In this document: positions 31,855 to 40,265 of the stretch, one piece after another
Numbering within the stretch: position 1 is the first letter of the stretch
Layout: each line of letters opens with the position of its first letter
DNA from: an uncultured Gemmatimonadales bacterium
Lineage (GTDB): Bacteria; Gemmatimonadota; Gemmatimonadetes; Gemmatimonadales; GWC2-71-9
Length of the DNA: 64,000 nucleotides
NCBI GenBank assembly: GCA_963761885.1
Contig: CAVXIN010000004.1
Span: 17,994 to 81,993, forward strand
Direction: 5' to 3'
Program-made: the position numbers and the translations under genes
The notes under the pieces: model-generated
What the model saw: the letters and a program-made list of their open reading frames with translations, nothing else
Told to the model about the DNA's origin: nothing
Databases searched by the model: none

Positions 31855-31879
31855 TCTGACTGTATTGAGAACAGTCAGA
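31855..31879. promoter_or_regulatory. 9-bp inverted repeat, candidate operator
   Basis: TCTGACTGT-attgaga-ACAGTCAGA in an AT-richer divergent intergenic region. Confidence 0.45.
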
Positions 31880-31962
31880 AGGGCGCGCCGGTCCACAGTT
31901 GTGGCGAACTGACCATAGTGCAAGGATCTGTGACGGTCGTCGCCTGGAAGCGGGGGCGACCG

Positions 31963-31992
31963 TTGACGTAACCCCGTGGTGGTGGCTAGGTT
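31963..31992 (+). promoter_or_regulatory. Sigma70-like promoter for prs
   Basis: TTGACG-18 bp-TAGGTT, ending 13 bp before ATG 32006. Confidence 0.5.
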
Positions 31993-32005
31993 TGCGGGCT
32001 CGAAT

Positions 32006-32963
32006 ATGACGGACCTGTCGCTGTCGCGCAGCCAGATGCTGCTCCTGAGCGGGTCGGCCAACCGCCCCCTAGCCGAAGAGGTGGCCGCTCATCTAGGGCA
32101 GCCTCTGTGCCAGGTCACGCTCCGGCGCTTCGCCGACGGCGAGATGTTCGTCAAGATCGACGAGAACGTGCGCGGGCGGGACGTCTACATCATCCAGCCC
32201 ACCAATCCCGCCGGCCGAGAACATGATCGAGCTGCTGCTCCTCATGGACGCGGCGCGAGCGGGCCAGCGCCGCCCGGGTCACGCCGGTCATCCCGTATTT
32301 CGGCTACGCGCGGCAGGACCGGAAGGACCAGCCGCGGGTGGCGATCAGCGCCAAGCTGATGGCGAACATGGTGTCGATGGCCGGGCGCGGACCGGGTGCT
32401 GGCGATGGATTTCCACCAGCACCAGCTGCAGGGGTTCTTCGACCTGCCGGTGGACCACCTGTACGCGGCGCCGGTGTTCGTGAGCCACTACCGGCAGAAG
32501 GCGCTGCGGGATCTGGTCATCGTGGCGCCGGATGTCGGCTCCGCGAAGATGGCCCGCGGGCTTCGCCAAGCGGCTCAACGCGTCGCTCGCGATCATCGAC
32601 AAGCGGCGTCCCTCCGCCAACGTCGCGGAGGTGCTGAACGTGGTCGGCGAGGTGACGGGGAAGGACTGCCTCATCCCCGACGACATGATCGACACCGCCG
32701 GGACGATGGCCGAAGCGGTGACGGCGCTCAAGCGGCTGGGGGCCGAGGACGTGTACTGCTGCGCCACCCACGCCCTGCTGTCGGGGCCGGCGGTGGACCG
32801 GCTGATGGCGTCGCCGGTGAAGGAAGTGGCCGTCACCAACACCATCGCCATCCCGCGCGAGCGCACCTTCGACCGGCTCAAGGTGCTGTCCATCGCGGGG
32901 CTGTTGTCGAAAGCGATCGGCTACACGCACAGCGATCAGTCCGTCAGCTCGCTGTTCGATTAA
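32006..32963 (+). CDS. prs: Ribose-phosphate pyrophosphokinase (indels)
   Basis: [67 protein letters not shown]. Confidence 0.95.
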
Positions 32964-32984
32964 CCCAATACTCAGGACCGGACC

Positions 32985-33666
32985 ATGGCCCAGCAAGCGA
33001 ATCTCCAGGCCGCCACCCGCAGCGCGACCGGCAAAGGCGCGGCGCGTACCCTGCGGCGTGAAGGCAAGGTGCCCGGCGTCATCTACGGACACGGCCGCAC
33101 GCCCGAAGCGGTCACCGTGGAGACCGCCGCGCTCAACAAGATGCTCGTCGGCATCAGCGCCGGCGACCACCATCGTGGACGTGGCCGTGGACGGCCGGCG
33201 CGCCGGTGAAGGCGCTGATCCGCGAGATCCAGCGCGACGCGCTTCGGCCCGCCCAGATCCTGCACCTCGACCTGTACGAGGTGCAGGCCGACGAGGCGAT
33301 CACCCTCGAAGTGCCGGTGCACCTGGTCGGCATCCCCGACGGCGTGCGCAACTTCGGCGGCGTGCTCGACCACTCGCTGCGCGAGCTGGAGATCGAGGTG
33401 TCTGCCGGCGGACATCCCCGAGCACGTGGAGCTCGACGTCACCGCGCTCACGATCGGCCACTCGCTCTTCGTCCGCGACATCACGATCCCGAAGGCCCGG
33501 ATCCTCAACGATCCCGACACGCCGGTCTGCAGCGTCGTCGCGCCCCGGACCGAGGAGGCCCCGGCCGCCGACGGAAGAGGCGGCGACGGCCGAGCCGGAG
33601 CTCATCCGGAAGCCGAAGGCCGAGGGTGAAGACGAGGGCGAGGGCGAGGCCAAGCCGAAGGCCTAG
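32985..33666 (+). CDS. rplY: 50S ribosomal protein L25/Ctc (long form; indels)
   Basis: [47 protein letters not shown]. Confidence 0.93.
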
Positions 33667-33669
33667 CCC

Positions 33670-34240
33670 CTGCGCGCCATCGTGGGGCTGGGCAATCCCG
33701 GCCCGGAGTACGTCGAGAACCCGGCACAACGCCGGGTTTCGCCTGGCCGACCATCTGGTCTCCCGGTGGCGGTTCGGCGCGCTGCGCCGGGGCGATCGCG
33801 CCCGTGTCGCCGAGGGCGACCGCAACGGGCGGCCGGTCCGCATCCTGGAGCCGCAGACCTACATGAACCGCAGCGGTGCCGCGGTGGCGCCGCTGCTCGC
33901 CCTCCCTGACTTCGACCCCAGCCGCGACCTGCTGATTCTGGTGGACGACGTGGCGCTCGCCATGGGCCGCTTCCGGCTCCGTGGCGCCGGGTCCGCAGGC
34001 GGGCACAACGGGCTCAAGAGCGTCGAGGGGGTGCTGCGCCGGCAGGACTACGCCCGGCTCCGCATCGGGGTGGGTCCGGTTCCCGCCGGTCTGGACGAGC
34101 TGAGCGACTTCGTCCTCGACCCGTTCCCGCGCGAGGACCGCGAGGCGCTCGATGCCCTGCTGGACCCGATGGCCGATGCCGTCGAAACCTGGCTCGACGA
34201 AGGCATCGAGCAGGCGATGGCCAAACACAACCGCGGTTGA
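33670..34240 (+). CDS. pth: Peptidyl-tRNA hydrolase (apparent CTG start; indel near 33720)
   Basis: LRAIVGLGNPG, TRHNAGF, PQTYMNRSG, GSAGGHNGLKS, RLRIGVG. Confidence 0.93.
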
Positions 34241-34257
34241 GTCCGCCCAATCCCATC

Positions 34258-35355
34258 ATGCTGCGACTCGGTATCGTCGGCCTCCCCAACGTCGGCAAGA
34301 GCACCCTCTTCAACGCGCTCACGTCCGCCGGCGCGCTGGTGGCGAACTATCCGTTCGCGACCATCGAGCCGAATACCGGCATCGTGCAGGTTCCCGACCC
34401 GCGGCTCGACGTCCTCGCCGGAATCGTCACGCCGGAACGCACGGTCCCGGCGGTGGTCGAGTTCGTGGACATCGCGGGCCTGGTGAAGGGCGCCAGCGAA
34501 GGCGAGGGGCTGGGCAATCAGTTTCTCGCCAACATCCGTGAGGTGGACGCGATCGTCCACGTCGTCCGCTGCTTCGAGGACTCCGACGTGCAACACGTGG
34601 TCGGCCCGGTGGATCCCGCGCGCGATCGCGAGATCATCAACATCGAGCTCGGCCTCGCGGACCTGGCCAGCGTCGAGAAGCGTCTCGACAAGACCACCCG
34701 CACCGCGCGCTCCGGTGACGCCCAGGCCAAGGTGGAGCAGCGGCTCCTCGAGTCGCTGCGGGATGCGCTCGCGGCCGGCCGGCCCGCCCGCACCGTGGTA
34801 CCCACCGAGGAGGAGGCCCCCTCCTACCAGTCGTTCAACCTCCTCACCGCCAAGCCGGTGGTCTACGCGGCCAATGTCGGCGAAGACGAGATCACCACGG
34901 GGAACGCCTCGGTCGAAGCCCTGCGCGGCACCATCGTCAAGGACGGCGAGGACGCCGAGGTGGTCATCTTCTCCGCCAAGGTCGAGGCGGAGCTCGCCGA
35001 GCTGGCGCCGGCCGACCGGAAGGACTTCCTCGACTCGCTGGGGGTCGCCGAATCCGGGCTCGATCGGCTGGCCCACGCCGCCTATCACCTGCTTGGCCTG
35101 CAGAGCTATTTCACCGCGGGCGAGAAGGAAGTCCGCGCCTGGACCATCCATCGCGGAGACAAGGCGCCGGTGGCGGCGGGTGTGATCCACTCGGACTTCG
35201 AGAAGGGATTCATCCGCGCGGAGACGGTGGGGTACGAAGACTTCGTCCGGGTCGGCGGCTGGAAGCCCGCGCGGGAGCAGGGGCTGTCCCGCGCCGAGGG
35301 CAAGGAGTACGTCGTGCGGGATGGCGACGTGCTCCTCTTCCGGTTCAGCTCATGA
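34258..35355 (+). CDS. ychF: Ribosome-binding ATPase YchF
   Basis: GIVGLPNVGKSTLFNALT, ANYPFATIEPN, DIAGLVKGASEGEGLGNQFL, IHSDFEKGFIRAE. Confidence 0.97.
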   Translation: MLRLGIVGLPNVGKSTLFNALTSAGALVANYPFATIEPNTGIVQVPDPRLDVLAGIVTPERTVPAVVEFVDIAGLVKGASEGEGLGNQFLANIREVDAIVHVVRCFEDSDVQHVVGPVDPARDREIINIELGLADLASVEKRLDKTTRTARSGDAQAKVEQRLLESLRDALAAGRPARTVVPTEEEAPSYQSFNLLTAKPVVYAANVGEDEITTGNASVEALRGTIVKDGEDAEVVIFSAKVEAELAELAPADRKDFLDSLGVAESGLDRLAHAAYHLLGLQSYFTAGEKEVRAWTIHRGDKAPVAAGVIHSDFEKGFIRAETVGYEDFVRVGGWKPAREQGLSRAEGKEYVVRDGDVLLFRFSS

Positions 35356-36011
35356 TCCGTATCGTCGCCGTCCTCGCGGGCAGGCCGCGCACGGTCGGCA
35401 CGGCGGGCGCGGCGGATCCCATGGATCGCGCCTTCACCAGCGCCATCTGGAAGACGCCGGTCGGCGGGCCGGTGTTCGCCGGGGCGCTCGGGCTGGCAGG
35501 TGACGCCGTCGCCAACACCAAGGTCCACGGTGGCGTGGACCAGGCGCTGCTCATGTACGCCGTCTCGCACTACCCGGTGTGGGAGGCGGAGCTGGGCCGC
35601 CCGATGACGCCCGGCTCGTTCGGCGAGAACCTCGCCGTGGAAGGGATGGATGAGGACCTGGCCTGCGTCGGCGACGTACTGGAGATCGGATCGGCCCGGT
35701 TCGAGATCTCCCAGCCGCGTCAGCCCTGCGCCACCCTGGCGCGGCGCCACCAGGTGCGCGACATGATCGCCCTCGTGCGCAGGAACGGCCGCAGCGGCTG
35801 GTACCTCCGGGTACTGAACGAAGGGAACGTGGAGGCCGGCCAGGAGGTGCGGGTGGTGGAGCATCCCAATCCGGACTGGACTATCCGGCGCGCCGCCCAG
35901 GCCATGCTGAGCCGGGCCCGGGACCCCGAGGGTGCGGCCGCCCTGTCGAGGGCCCGGGGACTCTCCGAGGGCTGGCGAAGCCGATTGTCCCCCGAGACGG
36001 CGGCCGGCTGA
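35352..36011 (+). CDS. MOSC domain protein (YiiM-like)
   Basis: HGGVDQA, PGSFGENL, SQPRQPC, RSGWYLRV, C-terminal 3-alpha segment. Confidence 0.88.
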   Translation: MIRIVAVLAGRPRTVGTAGAADPMDRAFTSAIWKTPVGGPVFAGALGLAGDAVANTKVHGGVDQALLMYAVSHYPVWEAELGRPMTPGSFGENLAVEGMDEDLACVGDVLEIGSARFEISQPRQPCATLARRHQVRDMIALVRRNGRSGWYLRVLNEGNVEAGQEVRVVEHPNPDWTIRRAAQAMLSRARDPEGAAALSRARGLSEGWRSRLSPETAAG

Positions 36012-36017
36012 TCGCCC

Positions 36018-36117
36018 TTCCGCCTCCCGAGCGGCCCACCTATACTACCCCCCTCACAAACCATCCTCCCCGACGCCCGCACCAGGCCCGGGGCGACTCA
36101 GACCGAAGGAAGGTGTC
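36018..36117 (+). promoter_or_regulatory. rpsF promoter and candidate S6:S18 autoregulatory leader
   Basis: TTCCGC-17 bp-TATACT (36041-36046); hairpin CGCCC/GGGCG with a CCG bulge; CATCCTCC partly complementary to the SD GGAAGGTG. Confidence 0.45.
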
Positions 36118-36459
36118 ATGACCCGTCAGTACGAGGTCGTCTATATCTTCGATAGTGCTCTCGAAGAGACGGCCATCAATGAGCGCCTCGCGCGTTTCCA
36201 CACCCTCATTCAGAAGGCGGACGTCGAGCCTCCCCAGGTCAGTCACTGGGGCAAGCGGACTCTTGCCTACCCCATCAAGAAGCACGAGACCGGCTATTAC
36301 GTCGTCGCCAAGTTCGACGCCGACGCGGTCGCCTTGCCCGAGTTCGAGCGCGCGATCAAGCTCGACGAGGGCGTGCTCCGGTTTCTGGTGGTGGTGAGCG
36401 AAGGGGCGCAGCCCGTGCCGGTCACGGCGGGCAAGAGCGACGAGGAGGACGACGAATGA
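36118..36459 (+). CDS. rpsF: 30S ribosomal protein S6
   Basis: [30 protein letters not shown]. Confidence 0.96.
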   Translation: MTRQYEVVYIFDSALEETAINERLARFHTLIQKADVEPPQVSHWGKRTLAYPIKKHETGYYVVAKFDADAVALPEFERAIKLDEGVLRFLVVVSEGAQPVPVTAGKSDEEDDE

Positions 36460-36677
36460 GGCGGCCACAGAAGACCTGCGCCATCTGTGAGTCCGGCGTC
36501 CGTGTCGTCGACTTCAAGGATGAGCGTACCCTGTCGCGCTTCCTGACCGAGCGCGGCAAAATCCTGCCGAGCCGGCTTTCGGGCACCTGCGCCAGGCACC
36601 AGCGCCAGCTCAGCACGGCCATCAAGCGTGCGCGCCAACTGGCCCTGTTGCCCTACATCAAGGGCTTTACCGGCTGA
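36456..36677 (+). CDS. rpsR: 30S ribosomal protein S18 (Zn-ligand type)
   Basis: [36 protein letters not shown]. Confidence 0.97.
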   Translation: MRRPQKTCAICESGVRVVDFKDERTLSRFLTERGKILPSRLSGTCARHQRQLSTAIKRARQLALLPYIKGFTG

Positions 36678-37606
36678 GTGATCCCGGGCGCCCGGGCGGT
36701 CCGGGGAGCGGGCGATGGGGTCAGGTGCTGGCCCTGGCCGGCTTTCTTCCGCTGGCTCCCTCGATGTTTCTGATTCCGCTCGCGGCATTGCTGCTGGTGT
36801 CGCGCCCCGCGACCGTCCGCGAATGGGTGTGGTTGGGGGGCGCGTTGGGCTGGTCGGTCCTCTGGCTGGCGCATGCCGGCGGGCTGGGAGAGCAGTTCGC
36901 CCGGGCGGCGGCGGTGCTGGTGGCCGGAGGGTTCCTGGCGCTGACGCTGTGGCGTCCCTCGAACCGGGTGTCGCACGCCCTGGCCGCGACCGGCGGAGCG
37001 GCGGTGGGACTGGCTGTGTGGATGTACGGGCTGGGTGTGCCGTGGAGCGCGCTTCGCTCCGCGGTCGAAGGTGAGCTGGCCGCGTTTCAATCCGGAATGC
37101 GGGGCCGGTGGACCGGCGTCGCGGGCGGGGAGGAGCTGTCCTCCCAGATGTCCATGATGGCGGACACGGTGTCCACCCTCTACCCCGCCCTCTTGGCCCT
37201 GACGGCCATCGCGGGGCTTCGTCTGACGTGGGTGTGGTATCACCGGATCGCCGGCCGACCGGTGGGCCCGCCGCCGGCGCCGTTCAGCGCCTTCGGGTTC
37301 AGCGATCAGATGGTGTGGGGGTGGGTTGTCGGGCTCGGCATGGCCCTGGTACCGGAGCCCGAGGCGTTGCGTCTGTTGGGCGCCAACCTCCTGCTGGTCT
37401 GGGGCGCGCTCTACGCCGCCCGGGGTTTGGCGGTGGTCGCCGCCGGGGCCTCGCGAACGCCGAAGGTGGTGCTCGCGACCCTGGCACTGGTCACCGTGGT
37501 CCTGCTTCCATTCGTTCTGTGCGGGCTGACGTTCGTCGGCTTCGCCGATACATGGGTAGATTTCCGGCGCCGCATGGCGCCGTCCACCGGAGGGTACGAC
37601 CGATGA
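36678..37606 (+). CDS. DUF2232/YybS-family membrane protein (start uncertain, probable indel)
   Basis: Multiple TM helices; ends GFADTWVDFRRR; usual position between rpsR and rplI. Confidence 0.78.
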
Positions 37607-38049
37607 TGGAAGTGATCCTGCGCGAGGACATCAAGACCCTCGGCAAAGCGGGCGAAATGGTGCGGGTCAAGCCGGGGTACGCCAGGAATTATCTGCTCCC
37701 ACATGGCCTGGCGTTCGAGGCCACCGAAGGCAACAAGAAGCGGATCGCGGCCGAAACCAGGGCGCGGGGAGCTCGGAACGCTGCGGAGAAGACCGAGGCG
37801 GAGAAGGCGGCCTCCCGGCTGTCCGCGGTGAGTCTGACGATTCCCGGCAAGGCGGGCGAGGAGGGCAAGCTCTTCGGGTCCATCACCGCGCAGGACATTG
37901 CCGACGCCCTCGGACGGCAGGGCCATACCGTGGATCGCCGGCGCATCGAGCTGGACCACCCCATCAAGTCGCTGGGCGAGCACGTGGTAAGCATCCGTCT
38001 CCATCCAGAGGTCCACGCGGAGGTCCACGTCGCGGTCGTGGCGGAGTGA
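37603..38049 (+). CDS. rplI: 50S ribosomal protein L9
   Basis: MEVILREDIKTLGKAGEMVRVKPGYARNYLLP, GKLFGSIT, PIKSLG. Confidence 0.97.
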   Translation: MMEVILREDIKTLGKAGEMVRVKPGYARNYLLPHGLAFEATEGNKKRIAAETRARGARNAAEKTEAEKAASRLSAVSLTIPGKAGEEGKLFGSITAQDIADALGRQGHTVDRRRIELDHPIKSLGEHVVSIRLHPEVHAEVHVAVVAE

Positions 38050-38059
38050 CCTTCCGGAC

Positions 38060-39907
38060 ATGACCATTGGGATCGCGTACCTCGACGGTCCCCGCCTGGC
38101 GCGATCGCTGTTCGCCGCTGCTGATTGGGTCGCCGCCGGACGTGACGAGATCAACCGCATCAACGTCTTTCCCGTCCCCGACGGGGATACGGGTACCAAC
38201 TTCAGCCTCACGCTCCGATCCGTCGCCGACGCCCTCCGGGCGCTCGGCGACGCGTCGCTCCCGGAGACCGGGCGCACCATGGCTCGGGCCGCCGTCCTGG
38301 GTGCCAGGGGCAACTCCGGGATGATGCTGGCGCACTTTCTCCTCGGCTTCAGCGATGCTCTCGGCGACCGCCCCACGGCCGATGCCCGGCAAGTCGCGGC
38401 TGCCGTGCGTGCCGGATCCGACCGACTCTCCACCTCGCTCGACGATCCCCGCGAAGGCACCATCCTCACCGTGGCTCGTGAAGCCGCCGCCGCCGCCGAG
38501 CGCGCCGCGGCCGACTCTCCCGACATCGCGGACTTCATGCACCGCCTGCTCGACGAAGGCGAAGCCGCGCTCGCCCGGACGCCCGAGCTGATGGCCGTGC
38601 TGCGGGAGGCCGGAGTGGTGGACGCGGGAGGCAAGGGCTTCGTGCGGATGCTCGAGGGGGTGGTCCGTTACATCGAGGGGGATCCGATCCTCGCGGTAAC
38701 CGACACCGGCTCCGGGGCAGCCGAGGTCCCCGCCGCCCTGGTGGACGTGGCCGCGGAGCGGGACTTCCAGTACTGCACCGAAGTGCTGATCCGCGGTGAG
38801 CAGTTGCCGCCGTCGAACGAGGTGCGGGCCGCGATGCACGGCTTCGGCGGGTCGGTCGTGGTCGCGCAGGCCGAGGACATCCTGAAGATCCATGTGCACA
38901 CCGATAGCCCCGAGGCCGTCTTTAGCTATGCGGCGCGCTGGGGGAGGGTCGAGGCCAGCAAGGCCGACGACATGCGGGCCCAGCACCGGCGGCTTGCCCA
39001 CCCCGAGCGGCGGGCGGTCGCGGTGGTCACCGACAGTTCGGCCGATCTCGCGGACACGATCCTGGATCGGCATCGCATCGCGCTGGTGCCGCTGCAGGTG
39101 GTCTTCGGAACGGAAACCTTCCGCGACCGGGTCGAGCTCAAGGCCGAGGACTTCTACCGGCGGCTGCGCGGGGCCAAGGAGTTGCCGACGACGTCGCAGC
39201 CCACGCCCGCCGATTTCGTGCGGGTGCTCAGGGACGCTCGCGCCGAGGCGGACGAGGTGGTCGCGGTGCTGTTGTCGGGAGCGCTGTCCGGCACGCTGGC
39301 CTCGGCACAGGCGGCCGTTCGGGCGGCGGGGATCAGCGGAGTCCACCTGGTGGACAGCCGCAGCGCCTCCCTGGGTCTCGGCATGCTCGCCCTCAAGGGC
39401 GCGGAGCTGGCGGAAGCGGGGTGGCGAGCGGCGCCGATCGCCGCAGAGTTGGAGCGCATCCGGGGGCAGGCCGGCATGCTGCTCACGGTGGACACCTACG
39501 ACAACCTGCTCCGCTCGGGCCGGGTCTCCCGCGGCAAGGCGTGGCTGGCCGGCATGCTCGACGTCAAGCCGATTCTGTCACTGGACGGCGCGGGACGGGT
39601 CATTCCGGTAGATCGGGTGCGGGGACGGGACCAGGTGGTGCCCCGCGTGCTGTCGCTCCTGGAGAAACGTCTCACCCCGCGGCCGACCGTGGTACGATTC
39701 GGGGTGGCGCATGCCGAGGCCCCGGAGGTCGCTGAGCGGCTACGGAATGCCCTCGTGGCGGCCTATCAGCCGCGCGAGTGTTTCGTCGCGCCGGCCACCG
39801 GCGTGCTGGGCACGCACGTGGGGCCGGGAGCCTGGGCCGTCTTCTATCAGGTCGAGGACGGGTCCGCAGGTGGCTCTGACCGCCGGAACGCAGAGATGAC
39901 GCAATGA
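38060..39907 (+). CDS. DAK2 (FakA-like)-DegV (FakB-like) fusion, putative single-chain fatty acid kinase
   Basis: INRINVFPVPDGDTGTN, GARGNSG, EGTILTV, GVVDAGGKG, KIHVHT; then VVTDSSADL, PTTSQP, LSGALSGT, GRVSR, GTHVGPG. Confidence 0.92.
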   Translation: MTIGIAYLDGPRLARSLFAAADWVAAGRDEINRINVFPVPDGDTGTNFSLTLRSVADALRALGDASLPETGRTMARAAVLGARGNSGMMLAHFLLGFSDALGDRPTADARQVAAAVRAGSDRLSTSLDDPREGTILTVAREAAAAAERAAADSPDIADFMHRLLDEGEAALARTPELMAVLREAGVVDAGGKGFVRMLEGVVRYIEGDPILAVTDTGSGAAEVPAALVDVAAERDFQYCTEVLIRGEQLPPSNEVRAAMHGFGGSVVVAQAEDILKIHVHTDSPEAVFSYAARWGRVEASKADDMRAQHRRLAHPERRAVAVVTDSSADLADTILDRHRIALVPLQVVFGTETFRDRVELKAEDFYRRLRGAKELPTTSQPTPADFVRVLRDARAEADEVVAVLLSGALSGTLASAQAAVRAAGISGVHLVDSRSASLGLGMLALKGAELAEAGWRAAPIAAELERIRGQAGMLLTVDTYDNLLRSGRVSRGKAWLAGMLDVKPILSLDGAGRVIPVDRVRGRDQVVPRVLSLLEKRLTPRPTVVRFGVAHAEAPEVAERLRNALVAAYQPRECFVAPATGVLGTHVGPGAWAVFYQVEDGSAGGSDRRNAEMTQ

Positions 39908-40254
39908 CAAGTGCACCCGAGGCCCTGCGCCTCGCGTTGGACGCCATACAGGATCTGAAGGGTCGCGAACTCGTGGTACTCGATTTGCGAGGGCTCACTG
40001 ATGCCACCGACTATTTCGTGATCGCGTCGGGCACTTCGGACGCACACGTACGAGGCATCGCGGAATCGGTCATCGACAAGCTGGGACGGCGGGGACACCG
40101 CACCCACCATGTCGAAGGGCTGACCGGCGGTCGGTGGGTGCTCCTCGATTTCGTGGACTTCGTGATCCACCTCTTCCATCCCGAGACGCGCTCGTTCTAC
40201 CAGCTCGAGCGTCTGTGGGACGATGCCCCGGAGCTGTTGATCAGCTCCACCTAG
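39904..40254 (+). CDS. rsfS: Ribosome silencing factor
   Basis: DYFVIASGTS, WVLLDFVDFVIHLF, RSFYQLERLW. Confidence 0.95.
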   Translation: MTSAPEALRLALDAIQDLKGRELVVLDLRGLTDATDYFVIASGTSDAHVRGIAESVIDKLGRRGHRTHHVEGLTGGRWVLLDFVDFVIHLFHPETRSFYQLERLWDDAPELLISST

Positions 40255-40265
40255 CCGAGGTCTTC

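Larger units (their letters stand above)
14475..31960. other. Accessory block/genomic island between tRNA-Gln and prs (no integrase seen)
   Basis: Interrupts the commonly contiguous ispE-tRNA(Gln)-prs-rplY-pth order; contains only signalling and surface genes plus a gene remnant. Confidence 0.65.

Noticed and set aside
31880..32000. attR duplication of the tRNA-Gln 3' end, or a prophage/ICE
   Set aside because: No copy of the tRNA end was found by eye, and there are no integrase, transposase or phage genes.
33206..34240. ORF joining the L25 middle to Pth
   Set aside because: Produced by indels; the intervening translation is nonsense and each gene's motifs are complete in other frames.
36118..36677. 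Absence of ssb/priB between rpsF and rpsR
   Set aside because: A common arrangement in many lineages.
37108..38049. 313-aa extended L9
   Set aside because: The upstream part is an off-frame shadow of DUF2232; L9 starts at 37603/37606.
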